Numbered from the stretch's first letter, positions 27,153 to 39,043 are shown. The stretch is 64,000 bases of DNA from Candidatus Poribacteria bacterium (GCA_963665845.2 OY762492.1:1216001-1280000), one strand, 5' to 3'. Numbers and translations: made by a program. The notes: generated by a model not told the origin, from the sequence alone.

Positions 27153-28033
27153 CGCTGCTGGGCATCGACGGAGGGGGCAGCAGGGTTCGCGCTCTCTTGA
27201 CAAGAAACGGCGCTGAAATCGGACGGGCGGAGAGCGGTCCCGGCAACCCGCTCTCTATCGGCTTTGAAACGGCGGAGGCGAACATAAAACAGGCGGCGGA
27301 GAAAGCCTGTCAAGACGCCGGCGGTCTGCGCGCGGTTGACGCCGCATGCGTCGGGCTGGCGGGAGTCGGGCGTCGGTCCGCCGCCGAGAAGATGCGGGAG
27401 GCTCTGCGCCGCATCGGTTTTCCGTCCAGAACGTTGTTGACGCATGACGCGCGCATTGCGCTCGCCGGCGCGGCGGGACGGGACAGCGGCGTTGTCCTCA
27501 TCGCAGGCTCCGGCTCCATCTGTTATGGACGCGCCGAGTCGGGCGTTGAGACCCGCTGCGGCGGATGGGGCGCGCTTTTAGACGACGCCGGCGGCGGTTA
27601 CGCCATCGGGCTGGCAGGGCTTCGAGCGGCGATGCGGGCGTATGACGGACGGCTCGATTCGCGCGTTCTGTTGGAGTCGGCGCTGGAGTATTGCGGCGTC
27701 GATTCGGCGGAGGAGATTATCATGTGGAAAGGGTTGGTTGAAAAAAGCGCTGTCGCCGAGTTCGCCCCCCGCGTCTTTTCAGCGGCGGAGACGGGATGCC
27801 CCGAAGCGGCGCGCATCGTTCAGGAAGGCGCGAAAGAGCTGGCGAAGATGGCGGCGGTCGCCGCGGACAGATTAGGTTTCGGCGCGTCGGCGCGCGTCTG
27901 GGCGGCGGGCGGACTGGCGACAGCGTACCCGTCCTATGTGGCGGCGGTGGCGGAAGCGTCCAGTTTAAGAGTTTCCCCCGCGCAGAACGACGGCGCTGTC
28001 GGAGCCGTCTTTTTGGCGGGGCGCTTGATTTGA
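27149..28033 (+). CDS. BadF/BadG/BcrA/BcrD-type sugar kinase (N-acetylglucosamine kinase-like)
   Basis: GIDGGGS, GLAG, HDA.IAL, IAGSGS, GGWG.LLDD.G.G..IG. Confidence 0.85.
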   Translation: MTLLGIDGGGSRVRALLTRNGAEIGRAESGPGNPLSIGFETAEANIKQAAEKACQDAGGLRAVDAACVGLAGVGRRSAAEKMREALRRIGFPSRTLLTHDARIALAGAAGRDSGVVLIAGSGSICYGRAESGVETRCGGWGALLDDAGGGYAIGLAGLRAAMRAYDGRLDSRVLLESALEYCGVDSAEEIIMWKGLVEKSAVAEFAPRVFSAAETGCPEAARIVQEGAKELAKMAAVAADRLGFGASARVWAAGGLATAYPSYVAAVAEASSLRVSPAQNDGAVGAVFLAGRLI

Positions 28034-28050
28034 CATCCAACTAAACCGTT

Positions 28051-28168
28051 ATTCCCGCGTCCCCTCCTTGTCATTCCCGCGTAAGCGGGAATTTTAAGCT
28101 TCGCAGGCTCCGTCCGCGTCCTTTAAACCCCCCTAGCCCCCTTTTCAAGGGGGAATCGGACGCCACGC
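28051..28168. repeat. BIME-like REP-A + REP-B composite between convergent genes; inverted copy at ~39060-39180
   Basis: GTCATTCCCGCGTAAGCGGGAAT followed by TTTAAACCCCCCTAGCCCCCTTTTCAAGGGGGAATCGG. Confidence 0.8.
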
Positions 28169-28203
28169 TCCTTCTAGTTATTCCGTCTTCAGGCGCCGCA
28201 GGG

Positions 28204-29265
28204 TTATCCCGCTCTGCCGCCGAGCATTTCGGCGATCTCCGCCGGCAGCGTCACGCCCGTTTCTTTTTCAAACGCCTCCACGTTTTCGTAATGATTCTTG
28301 AAGAACGCGGCGACTATAAGCCGTCTGTTTTCGTCCTCCGCCAGCTCCGATTTCACCTCATCCCATTTCTGAAGCTCCAGCCGCAGTAAAATGCGCCCGC
28401 AGTATATCGGCATCGGCGCTTCGTTGGGCTTCATCTCGATCAACGCCGTCATGTCCGCCTCCGCCTTTTCAGGCATGCCCTTCTCAACGTATGCGACGGC
28501 GCGGGCGATATATGCCTTGGAAAAGCCAGGGTCGATTTCAATCGCTTTGCCGCACTCCTCAATCGTCTTTTCAAACTCGCCCATTCTGAAGTAAGCGTTA
28601 GCGCGGTTCTGATAAGCCATGACAAGGGTCGGGTCGATTTCAATCGCCTTGCCGCACTGCTCAATTGCCTTTTCAAATGCGCCCATTTTGTAATAAGCGA
28701 CAGCGCGGTTTTGATAGGCGAGGGCAAGGGTCGGGTCGATTTCAATCGCCTTGCCGCACTGCTCAACCGCCCTTTCAGGCGCGCCCATTTCGATGTAAAC
28801 GGCGGCGAGGTTTTGATAGGGGAGGGCAAGGGTCGGGTCGATTTCGATCGCCTTGGCGCAGTCTTGCGCCGCCTTTTCAAACTCGCCCATCTTGCGGTAG
28901 ACGACAGCGCGGTTGACATAGGCGTGGGAAAAGTCGGGGTCGATTTCAATCGCTTTGCCGCACTGCTCAACGGCCTTTTCAAACGCGCCCATGTCAACAT
29001 AAACGGCAGAGAGGTTTCGATACGCTTCTGGTAGGGTCGGGTCGATTTCGATCGCCTTGGCGCAGTCTTGCGCCGCCTTTTCAAACTCGCCCATCTTGCG
29101 GTAGACGACAGCGCGGTTGACATAGGCGTTGGCGCGTTTTGAATTGATCGCAATCGCCTTGTTGAAATCGGTGAGGGCGCGCTCCAGCTCCCCTTCACGC
29201 GCAAACTCGATGCCGCGGTTGATATAACCATCCGCTGACATGAACCATCCGCTTCTGCTTCTCAT
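28204..29265 (-). CDS. Multi-TPR protein
   Basis: About 8 34-aa repeats (AY.NRA..Y..MG.FEKA...C.KAIEIDP). AAAGGGAGG RBS before ATG 29265. Confidence 0.9.
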   Translation of the reverse strand: MRSRSGWFMSADGYINRGIEFAREGELERALTDFNKAIAINSKRANAYVNRAVVYRKMGEFEKAAQDCAKAIEIDPTLPEAYRNLSAVYVDMGAFEKAVEQCGKAIEIDPDFSHAYVNRAVVYRKMGEFEKAAQDCAKAIEIDPTLALPYQNLAAVYIEMGAPERAVEQCGKAIEIDPTLALAYQNRAVAYYKMGAFEKAIEQCGKAIEIDPTLVMAYQNRANAYFRMGEFEKTIEECGKAIEIDPGFSKAYIARAVAYVEKGMPEKAEADMTALIEMKPNEAPMPIYCGRILLRLELQKWDEVKSELAEDENRRLIVAAFFKNHYENVEAFEKETGVTLPAEIAEMLGGRAG

Positions 29266-29288
29266 GATCGCCTCCCTTTCTATATGCG

Positions 29289-29316
29289 AGTGTATCGTAC
29301 GCCATTTTGATGTCAA
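29289..29316 (-). promoter_or_regulatory. Candidate sigma70 promoter for the TPR gene
   Basis: Minus strand TTGACA-16 bp-TACACT. Confidence 0.4.
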
Positions 29317-29372
29317 GCGCGCAGGTTCCCTAGACTCCCTTGAAAAAGGGACCGGGGGTTTATTGGCGGCGC

Positions 29373-29431
29373 TTTTCCCATGAATAAAGCGGTCATTCGT
29401 TCAAATGTCCCAACTTTCGGCGTGAGGTCAG
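29373..29431 (-). mobile_element. Truncated MITE copy (left end)
   Basis: Reverse complement of the left TIR plus TTTGAAC...ATTCATGGGAA seen in the 19628 and 46381 copies. Confidence 0.7.
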
Positions 29432-29455
29432 GGAATCTTGACCACATGTCTTTAA

Positions 29456-30799
29456 TTAGGACGCGTCAACGGACAGATGCTGATGGCGCGGCTCCGAGAT
29501 TCTCCATGAAAAGTAGACGCTCAAGAAAAACAGCGCGCCGCATGCGGCAAATACGATCTCATACGCCGACTTTTCATCGGTCAGCGTCTGCAAACCCATT
29601 GCCGCCGCCCCGACGATGACCGGAAAGAGAAGCGTCGCCGCCGGCGCCAAACCGAACAAGCCTACGTATAAGGTCTGCCGTTCGGGCGGGGCGATCTCCA
29701 GGATATAATTCGCCATCACCCGCGCCATGACCGGCAAGCATCCGATCATCCCGTAGAGCGCCGGCAGGAGAAGCAGGCGCGTGCCGTTCGACGGAAACGC
29801 GCCGCCAATCAGAACCGCCGCGATCGGTATGCTGGTCATGGCGGCGCATAATCCGCGCAGAACGACGCGGTTGCCTTTCCAGTCGACAAGCCAGCCGAGA
29901 AGGAGCGACAGCAAGCCGACGACCAGATGCTGCGCCGCCAGCGAATGTCCGAGCGTCCGTCCAAGCGCGGCTTGAAAGGCGGGGTCGGGCGACCACGTTT
30001 TTGCATACGCCGTATAAAACATAAAAAGGTGTATCGACATCGCATGGATCACCGCCGCGCCGAAGAGGCGTCTGAAATCGGCGTCCTCCTTTAAGATGCG
30101 CGCTCCGCTTTTGACAATCTGTTGAAGGGTCAGCCGTTCCAGCGGCTGCGCGCCGGGCGGCTCTTTAAAAAAGGTTTGACCCGTCAACGAGAGCAGAAAG
30201 AACAGAAACGCGCAGCCGAACAGCAGGCTAAAATCGGCGCGGAAGCTGCCGGCGCGGCTCATCAACGCGGCAATCAGCCCCGCGCTGGCGAGAGAGGAGA
30301 ACCGACCGACCGAGTTGCCGATGGCGAAGACGCGCCCCCTGCGTTGAACCGGTATCAGCTTTGCCATCATGACGCGGTTGACGACCCGCTCCACGCCGAA
30401 GCCTGTCCAGCTGACCGCGTAAAGAAGAAAAAAGAGCGCGAGAAGAGCGCCGTCGGAAAGATTATTGCCAAACAGCAGCGCCGCCGCGATGAGTCCCCAT
30501 GCGGCGGTGAAAACAGCGGTGGCGGCAATGAGAAGCGGCGTTTTGCGCGGCGCCCGGTCGACAGCGTCTAGGAACCAGAACTGCGCGAGCGACTGCGGCA
30601 GGCGGGAGAGAATCGGCAGGGCGCTGATGAGCAGCGGGTGGGAGGCGAGGCTTGTAACGAAGCGGGAAACGACAACGCTTTCGGTTTTGAAGACCCAGCC
30701 GATCTGCATGAGCGACTGGTAAAGCGTCATCGCTGCGAAGTTGCGGGGGTAATGCTTCTCCGCTTCTGGAAGCATTCCTTTGTGGAGGTCTTTTTTCAA
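29456..30799 (-). CDS. MFS transporter
   Basis: About 12 TM segments; IP..RRGR.F, GWLVDWKGNR, EIAPPERQTLYVG. Confidence 0.8.
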   Translation of the reverse strand: MKKDLHKGMLPEAEKHYPRNFAAMTLYQSLMQIGWVFKTESVVVSRFVTSLASHPLLISALPILSRLPQSLAQFWFLDAVDRAPRKTPLLIAATAVFTAAWGLIAAALLFGNNLSDGALLALFFLLYAVSWTGFGVERVVNRVMMAKLIPVQRRGRVFAIGNSVGRFSSLASAGLIAALMSRAGSFRADFSLLFGCAFLFFLLSLTGQTFFKEPPGAQPLERLTLQQIVKSGARILKEDADFRRLFGAAVIHAMSIHLFMFYTAYAKTWSPDPAFQAALGRTLGHSLAAQHLVVGLLSLLLGWLVDWKGNRVVLRGLCAAMTSIPIAAVLIGGAFPSNGTRLLLLPALYGMIGCLPVMARVMANYILEIAPPERQTLYVGLFGLAPAATLLFPVIVGAAAMGLQTLTDEKSAYEIVFAACGALFFLSVYFSWRISEPRHQHLSVDAS

Positions 30800-30983
30800 G
30801 CGGCGCGTTTCATGTAGCGGCTGTGTTGCTTGGGCTGCGCGCTCATCATATGCGGTCTAGGCGGGGGGCGCAACTCTTGAAGGCGTTTTAGCGCTGAAGA
30901 CCGTCCTTGCGAAGAACGCCCGAATCAACAAATCTAGACAAATTCGAACGCAGGGGGTATGATCATACCAGTGAACGCATTAT

Positions 30984-32018
30984 GTGGAATGGAGCTTTGT
31001 GAATCAAAGACGTTCGATACTAGGGCCGGAAGCGCCTGAACCGGATCGGTTTCTTGAGATCATCGATACGGCGGGCGAGTTTATTCGTGAGCGCGCCGTT
31101 CCGATCATCTTCGGCGTCGTTGCGCTGATTTTAGCGGTGATTTTAGGCGTTTGGTGGTCGAATCAGCGTCAAAATGCGCGCGTGGATCAGTACGCCGCGC
31201 TGTCTTCGGCGGCAAACGCGATTCAAAATGCGACAGGCTCCGACGATGAGAAGTTGGCGGAGGCGGTCGCGGCTCTGGAAGAGGCGGAGGACGCGCCCGA
31301 AACCGCGTTTCTCAAAGCGAAGGCGAGCATGCTTCAAGAGGATGGCGCGGCGAAAGCGGCGGAGCATTTTCGTCAAACGGCGCAAAAAGGCGCCGCCCCG
31401 CGCGGGCTGTTTGCGCAGGTGAACTACGGCATCGCCCTGGAAAAAGCGGAGCGTCTGGACGAGGCGCTGGCGGCTCTTGAGGATTCGCAGCTGGACAAGT
31501 TCAAAGGCGAGGCGGGTTATGAAAGCGCGTTGACCGAGGCGCAGAAGGCGCGCGCCCGCATTCATGAAACGAAAGGCGACTACGAAGCGGCTTTGACCGC
31601 GCATCAGCGGATCTCGGATCGGTACCTCGCCAACCGCGCCAAGGGGGTTGAGCGGGCGGCGTCTCGGCTGGTTCAGAAAACGCGCTTGCTGTTGAAGACG
31701 CGGGAGGCGGAGTCTTCAGCCGAGAGCGTTGAGGAGGCGTACCGCGATTTGGGCGCATGGGTTTCGCAGGAGGCGCAGAAGCCGGAGACGGATCGGCGGA
31801 GCATGCAGGAGTCGAGCCGCCTTTTGAAAGAGATTGAGGCGCATCGTTCCGCGCTTGCGTCGGCGAAGCGCGAGGAGGCGGAGGGGAAGCATTTGTCCGC
31901 GCTGTATCGGTTGGACTTTACGGCTCGTTCGGGGACGAGAGGATTTTCGCCGCATCTCGAAGATTATCAGCGCGCCTTACATTCCATAGCGGAGATTGAT
32001 CATATTCAGAAGGAATAA
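30984..32018 (+). CDS. YfgM-like membrane-anchored TPR protein
   Basis: Single N-terminal TM followed by TPR-like helices; lies upstream of rpsA. Confidence 0.55.
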   Translation: MEWSFVNQRRSILGPEAPEPDRFLEIIDTAGEFIRERAVPIIFGVVALILAVILGVWWSNQRQNARVDQYAALSSAANAIQNATGSDDEKLAEAVAALEEAEDAPETAFLKAKASMLQEDGAAKAAEHFRQTAQKGAAPRGLFAQVNYGIALEKAERLDEALAALEDSQLDKFKGEAGYESALTEAQKARARIHETKGDYEAALTAHQRISDRYLANRAKGVERAASRLVQKTRLLLKTREAESSAESVEEAYRDLGAWVSQEAQKPETDRRSMQESSRLLKEIEAHRSALASAKREEAEGKHLSALYRLDFTARSGTRGFSPHLEDYQRALHSIAEIDHIQKE

Positions 32019-32193
32019 TTTAGAGGCTGCCCCGCCGTTCGCTTGGCGAGGGCAGACCGTTTCTGCCGATATTCTGGATGCCCGTTCACGCGGGCGCGTC
32101 GATTCGGCAGCCGGAACCTTTTACCCAAGACCAGATCCAAAGGCGTTTTGCGCTTCCATGCCTCCCTATGCGGGGCAGGTTTCGCAAGACGTC

Positions 32194-32223
32194 TTGACAT
32201 ACGCCGCTGGAGCGGGGTATGTT
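32194..32223 (+). promoter_or_regulatory. Candidate sigma70 promoter for the rpsA operon
   Basis: TTGACA-18 bp-TATGTT about 90 nt before the likely start. Confidence 0.45.
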
Positions 32224-32312
32224 AATTTGCAGCGAGTATGTCCGTTTCAGGCACAGTTGAAGGAGAATGCCGGTTTGACGCGGTATGCGCAGCCCGGCGA
32301 TTTGCAGCGAAC

Positions 32313-34364
32313 ATGACAGAACATCCAATCACGCCTTCCGAAAACGAAGAACGCGCGGACGAACCGACAGCGTCCGACAACACACCCGCTCCGCCGGAGC
32401 CGCCCGTCAGCGACGCGGCCGAGCCGGACGCGCCGCCCGCCGGCATCAACGCGGTCAATCTGCCCGACGATATTTCTACGGACGAGCAGCTGGCAGCCGC
32501 ATACGAAGAGACGATGAAAAACATTCAGGAAAGCGAGGTGGTGCGCGGGCAGGTGCTGAAAGTCGCCGGCGATTCCGCGCTCGTCGACATCGGGTACAAG
32601 TCGGAAGGCGTCATTCCTCTCCGTGAATTCCCGTTCGACGCGGACGGCAACCCGCTCGTCAAAGAAGGCGACGAGGTGGACGTCTATATTGTGCGCCTTG
32701 AAGACATGAACGGGTCGCTTGTGCTGTCCAAGGCGATCGCCGACCAGCGGCGAGTCTGGGACGAGATCGCCGCGGCGTATGAAGCGAACCGCCCCGTCAA
32801 GGGGGTTGCGCAGCAGCGCACCAAAGGCGGTTTGCGCGTCGAAATCGACAACATGACCGCTTTTCTTCCGGCGTCGCAGATCGACATCCGCCCCGTCAAG
32901 GACCTTGACCTTTACATCGGGCGCGAGCTGGAGATGCGCGTCATCAAGCTGAACAGGCGCCGGCGCAACATCGTTCTCTCCCGCCGCGCGCTTCTAGAGG
33001 AAGAGCGCGACGCGATGCGCCAAGAGCTGCTCATGACGCTCGCCCCCGGACAGATACGCCGAGGCGTCGTCAAGAACATCATGCCGTTCGGCGCGTTCAT
33101 CGATCTGGGCGGGCTAGACGGGCTGCTTCACCGCAGCGAAATGTCCTGGGGGCGCGTTCACGACGCCTCCGATTTTGTCGACCGCGACCAGGAGCTGGAT
33201 GTGATGGTTCTGAATGTGAACCGCGAATCCGGCAAGGTCTCCCTCGGACTCAAACAGCTGACGCGCAACCCGTGGGCGGATTGCCAAGAGAAATACAAGG
33301 CGGGGCTGGACGTCCAAGGGCGCGTCGTCAACATACTCGAATACGGCGCGTTTGTGGAGCTGGAAAAGGGGGTCGAAGGGCTTGTCCACACCTCCCAGAT
33401 GTCATGGACGCGGCGCGGAAACATTGACCCGTACACGATTCTGCAGGTGGGCGAGGAGGTTACGGTACGCATTCTTGAGGTGGACCCTGAACGGCAAAAG
33501 ATTTCGCTTGGGCTGAAACAGGTTGGGGAAAGTCCTTGGGAGCGTCTTGAGCGGGAGAACCCTGTCGGCTCGCGCGTGTCAGGCAAGGTTCAAAATTTCA
33601 CCGACTTCGGCGTCTTTGTGACGCTGGAGGGCGGCATTGACGGGCTGATCCACGTTACGGACCTGTCATGGACGAAGCGGCTGGAACCGCGCGAAATGAT
33701 GCAGGTCGGGGACGACATTGACGTTGTCATTCTAAAGATTGACCGGGAACGGGAGCGGGTCTCGCTTGGCGTCAAGCAGCTGGAGCCGGACCCATGGCTT
33801 CAGGTTCCTCAAAAATACAAAGTTGGAACCGCGACGCAGGCGCATATCGTTGACATAGTCGACTTTGGCGCGTTCGCCAAACTGGAAGGCGGCATCGAAG
33901 GGCTGATCCACATCTCCGAGTTGAGCGACCAGCATGTGAACTCGCCCGGAGAAGTGGTGCGCGTCGGCGACGTGATCGACGTCAAGGTGATCAATATCGA
34001 CCTCCAGGATCGGCGCATCGGTTTGAGCCGAAAGGCGTATCTGGCGGAGGGTCATCGAATTGACGCTGAAGTTTCTTCCGCCCCCAAAGATTCAACGGGC
34101 AGGCAGGAGCCGAGGCGTCAAGACGCTGACGAACGGGCGCAGCCGACGGGGCGCACTCTCGCAGACCTGGTGGACGAAGCGCAGGCGCGGCGCGACGAAA
34201 GCGACAGCGGCGGCGCGGATGAAGCGCAGGAGGAGCGCGGCGACAACGACAGCGGCGGCGCGGATGAAGCGCAGGAGGACCGCGGCGACAACGACAGCGG
34301 CGGCGCGGATGAAACGCAGGAGGAGCGCGGCGACAACGACAGCGGCGACGACAGCGAAGAGTAG
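32313..34364 (+). CDS. rpsA: 30S ribosomal protein S1 with acidic N- and C-terminal extensions
   Basis: VDIGYKSEG, AFLPASQID and six S1 repeats (GAFIDLGGLDGLLH, ISLGLKQ). Confidence 0.95.
   Translation: MTEHPITPSENEERADEPTASDNTPAPPEPPVSDAAEPDAPPAGINAVNLPDDISTDEQLAAAYEETMKNIQESEVVRGQVLKVAGDSALVDIGYKSEGVIPLREFPFDADGNPLVKEGDEVDVYIVRLEDMNGSLVLSKAIADQRRVWDEIAAAYEANRPVKGVAQQRTKGGLRVEIDNMTAFLPASQIDIRPVKDLDLYIGRELEMRVIKLNRRRRNIVLSRRALLEEERDAMRQELLMTLAPGQIRRGVVKNIMPFGAFIDLGGLDGLLHRSEMSWGRVHDASDFVDRDQELDVMVLNVNRESGKVSLGLKQLTRNPWADCQEKYKAGLDVQGRVVNILEYGAFVELEKGVEGLVHTSQMSWTRRGNIDPYTILQVGEEVTVRILEVDPERQKISLGLKQVGESPWERLERENPVGSRVSGKVQNFTDFGVFVTLEGGIDGLIHVTDLSWTKRLEPREMMQVGDDIDVVILKIDRERERVSLGVKQLEPDPWLQVPQKYKVGTATQAHIVDIVDFGAFAKLEGGIEGLIHISELSDQHVNSPGEVVRVGDVIDVKVINIDLQDRRIGLSRKAYLAEGHRIDAEVSSAPKDSTGRQEPRRQDADERAQPTGRTLADLVDEAQARRDESDSGGADEAQEERGDNDSGGADEAQEDRGDNDSGGADETQEERGDNDSGDDSEE
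34203..34347 (+). repeat. 45-bp in-frame tandem repeat (3 full copies plus partial) in the rpsA tail
   Basis: Units start at 34203, 34248, 34293 and 34338, encoding DSGGADEAQEERGDN. Confidence 0.9.
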
Positions 34365-34400
34365 CGCGCGGCAACGCCGCCATTCAAACTGGGGATTGTT

Positions 34401-35539
34401 TTGGAACACTATTTCACATCGGAATCTGTGACGGAAGGCCATCCCGACAAGATGGCTGACCGCATATCAGACGCTGTCCTGGACGCCGTTCTTGAACAGG
34501 ACGACCAGGGGCGCGTCGCATGCGAAACGCTTGTGACGACCGGCATGGCGATCATCGCGGGCGAAATATCGACCAAGCATGCGTATGTGCATATGCCGGA
34601 CCTGGTGCGCAGTACCATACGGGACATCGGCTATACGGACGCGAATTTCGGGTTCGATTATGAAACATGCGCCGTCATGACCTCCATCGATGAGCAGTCG
34701 CCCGACATCGCGCAGGGCGTTGACACGGGCGGGGCGGGCGATCAGGGCATGATGTTCGGTTACGCCTGCGACGACACGGAGGAGTTGATGCCGGCGCCGA
34801 TTATGTATGCGCACAAGTTGGCGAGGAAGTTGACGCATGCGCGTAAAAGCGGCGACCTGCCGTTTCTCCGTCCAGACGGCAAGACGATGGTCACAGCGCG
34901 TTACCGGGACGGGCGGTTTCTGGATATCGAGACGGCGCTGGTTTCGGCGCAGCATGCTGCAGAGACGTCGAAATCAAAAATAAAAGAAGCGCTGATTGAG
35001 CGCGTCATCAAAGAGACGATCCCAGAGGAGCTGCGGGCGCCCGGCATCCAGTATCTCATCAATCCGACCGGCACGTTTGTTCAAGGCGGACCGAAGGCGG
35101 ACTGCGGTCTCACGGGGCGCAAGATCATCGTCGACACCTACGGCGGCATGGGCAGGCACGGCGGCGGCGCCTTTTCAGGCAAAGACGCGACGAAGGTGGA
35201 CAGAAGCGCCGCCTACGCAGCCCGCCACGCCGCAAAGAATGTGGTCGCGGCGGGGCTTGCCGAACGATGCGAGATACAGATTGCGTACGCCATCGGCATC
35301 GCGGAGCCTGTGTCGATCAATGTGGACTCCTTTGGTACCGGCGCGAAGCCGGACGAACAGCTGGCGGCGGCGGTGAACGATGTGTTCGATTTCACGCCCG
35401 ACGGCATCATTGAGCGTCTTCAACTGCGCCGACCGATCTATAAACAGACCTCCGCCTATGGACATTTTGGACGGAACGAGCCTGACTTTACCTGGGAAAA
35501 GACCGACTTTGTGGAGCGGCTGAACGAACGGGCGCGCGC

Positions 35540-35543
<4 letters not shown>
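34401..35543 (+). CDS. metK: S-adenosylmethionine synthetase
   Basis: [34 protein letters not shown]. Confidence 0.97.
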
Positions 35544-36796
<1,253 letters not shown>

Positions 36797-36853
36797 GAGG
36801 CGCCTGCAAAATCTAGACACACGGAGAGGCGTTATGACGCGCCAACGCGCCGC

Positions 36854-37066
36854 ATGAAGTGGGAATGGATTGAGGGGGCGTTTATGCTTCTATGCGTTGC
36901 GGCGCTGTGGCCGGTCGTCGCGTCGATGCGGTCGGGGGCGGCGCTGCCGAGGGGGTATTCGGCGGTTCTGGCGGTGGCGGCGGCGGGGCTTCTCGTAGTG
37001 ACGGCGCGGCGGATCATTCGCATTCACAAAGCGTTTCAAGAGCAGCAGCGAAATAAAAAACGATGA
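36854..37066 (+). CDS. Small two-TM membrane protein
   Basis: Two hydrophobic helices; stop overlaps the next ATG. Could start at ATG 36833. Confidence 0.5.
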   Translation: MKWEWIEGAFMLLCVAALWPVVASMRSGAALPRGYSAVLAVAAAGLLVVTARRIIRIHKAFQEQQRNKKR

Positions 37067-37971
37067 GCGTTCTGGTCGTCGGAACCGTCGCATTCGATAC
37101 GATCGAGACCTCGTCGGGACGCGCCGAAAAGACGCTCGGCGGGTCGGCGATGTATGCGTCCGCCGCCGCCAGTTTTTTCGCGCCGTCGCAGCTGGTCGGC
37201 GTTGTCGGGGACGATTTTGAGGCGTCCCATCTTCGTTTTTTTGAACGCCTCGGCGTCGATCTTCAGGGACTTGAGCGGCGTCCGGGTAAGACGTTTCACT
37301 GGGCGGGGCGGTATTCGGACGATTTCAGCAGCCGAGAGACGCTTGCGACCGATCTGAACGTGTTTGCCGACTATTCGCCGAAACTGCCAAACGCGCTGCG
37401 GGACGCTGAGATGCTGATGCTGGCAAACATCCACCCGCAGCAGCAGATGGAGGCGCTGTCGCAGGCGCGCATGCCCCGTCTCATCGCCCTTGACACGATG
37501 AACCTTTGGATCGACACTTGCAGGGGCGGTCTGCTGCGCGCGTTGAAACAGATCGACCTGCTCATCTTAAACGACGAGGAAGCGCGGCAGCTCGCGCAAA
37601 CGCCGCATCTGATGAAGGCGGGCGAAGCGCTGTTGAAGATGGGGCCGCGGCGCGTCGTCGTCAAGAAGGGGGAGCATGGGGTCCTTTCTTTTTCTGAAGA
37701 GGGGCTTTTCGGGTTCCCCGCCTACCCGGTGGCGGATGTGGTTGACCCGACCGGCGCGGGCGACTGCTTCGCCGGGGCGATGCTGGGCAGCCTCGCCGGG
37801 GAACGGACGCTGGATGAGAGCGCGTATCGGCGGGCGATGGTGAACGGCGCCGTCCTCGGATCGTTTGTAGTCGAAGGGCTGGGACCGGAAAGGCTGCGCA
37901 GCTTAACCCGAGAAGAGATCGCAGCGAGGCGAAAGGAGCTGCTGCAGTTTGCGGCGGCGCCGAATTTTTAA
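37063..37971 (+). CDS. PfkB-family carbohydrate/nucleoside kinase
   Basis: LGGSA.Y, NDEEA, VVKKGEHG, DPTGAGDCFAG. Confidence 0.9.
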   Translation: MSVLVVGTVAFDTIETSSGRAEKTLGGSAMYASAAASFFAPSQLVGVVGDDFEASHLRFFERLGVDLQGLERRPGKTFHWAGRYSDDFSSRETLATDLNVFADYSPKLPNALRDAEMLMLANIHPQQQMEALSQARMPRLIALDTMNLWIDTCRGGLLRALKQIDLLILNDEEARQLAQTPHLMKAGEALLKMGPRRVVVKKGEHGVLSFSEEGLFGFPAYPVADVVDPTGAGDCFAGAMLGSLAGERTLDESAYRRAMVNGAVLGSFVVEGLGPERLRSLTREEIAARRKELLQFAAAPNF

Positions 37972-37972
37972 C

Positions 37973-39043
37973 ATGAACGGAAAGCGCATGCAAAACATGG
38001 ACGCGCCGCTATACGACTACGCGGGGGCGATACATATCCACTCAAACCTGTCGGACGGAACCGGCGCGGTGCCGACGATCATTGAGCAGGCGCAGCAGGC
38101 GGAGCTGGATTTCATCATCCTCACCGACCATGAGCATCTGGAGGCGCGGGAACTCGGCTATGAGGGCTGGCGCGGCAACACGCTCTGCCTTGTCGGCGAG
38201 GAGATCACGCCGCGCTTTCACAACCACTATCTCGCGTTCAACATCCGCCGGCCGATACGCGGGCGCGGCAACTGGCGGCGTCCGCAGGCGTTCATCGACG
38301 AAACGCGCCGGCAAGGCGGCATCGGTTTCATCGCGCATCCGATAGGCGACGACTACCCTGTGCGCGGGATGGCAAAACCGTGGCTCGACTGGGAGGTGGA
38401 CGGGTTCACCGGCATTGAGCTATGGTCATACATGCATGACTGGGCGCGGAATCTGCGTTGGAAAAACATCGCTCGGGCGCTGCGCGACCCCGATTCGCTG
38501 GTGCGCGGACCGCATCCGAAGGCGCTGAAGCGGTGGGACGAAATCGGAAAGCGGCGGCGCGTCGCGGCGATCGGAACGCTGGATATACACGCGAAACGGG
38601 CGCCGGGGCTGCCGTACGCAAAGATATTGCCGTATCGGCATGCGTTTCGGACGATACGAACGCATGTGTTGACCGAGTATCCGCTGGCGCAGAACGATCC
38701 GTATGAGGCGGGTCGGCAGGTGTATGAGGCGCTTGCGCATGGGCGCGCCTATATCGCGCATGACGGGTTCGGGGACGGCGCGGGGTTTCAGTTTTTCGCG
38801 GCGAAGGGCGGCAGGACGGCGGCGCTCATGGGCGGAGAGACGGCGGCGTCGGCGGGTCTTGAGCTGTATGTCCAGACGCCGGAGAGGTGCAGCGTTGCGC
38901 TCCTGCGGGACGGCGAGCCGATCGCGCAGACGAACGGCAAAACGCTGGAGGCGCCGGCGGACGAGCCGGGCGTCTACCGCGTGGAGGCGCGCAAAGAGGG
39001 GCGGCCCTGGATCTATTCGAATGCGGTGTATGCGCGGGGGTAG
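37973..39043 (+). CDS. PHP-fold (CehA/McbA-like) metallohydrolase
   Basis: HIHSNLSDG, LTDH, GEEI, IAHP, DIH, YRVE...PWIYSN. Start uncertain (37973-37997). Confidence 0.8.
   Translation: MNGKRMQNMDAPLYDYAGAIHIHSNLSDGTGAVPTIIEQAQQAELDFIILTDHEHLEARELGYEGWRGNTLCLVGEEITPRFHNHYLAFNIRRPIRGRGNWRRPQAFIDETRRQGGIGFIAHPIGDDYPVRGMAKPWLDWEVDGFTGIELWSYMHDWARNLRWKNIARALRDPDSLVRGPHPKALKRWDEIGKRRRVAAIGTLDIHAKRAPGLPYAKILPYRHAFRTIRTHVLTEYPLAQNDPYEAGRQVYEALAHGRAYIAHDGFGDGAGFQFFAAKGGRTAALMGGETAASAGLELYVQTPERCSVALLRDGEPIAQTNGKTLEAPADEPGVYRVEARKEGRPWIYSNAVYARG

Noticed and set aside
34365-34400. SAM riboswitch upstream of metK
   Set aside because: The intergenic gap is only 36 bp and has no recognisable riboswitch consensus.
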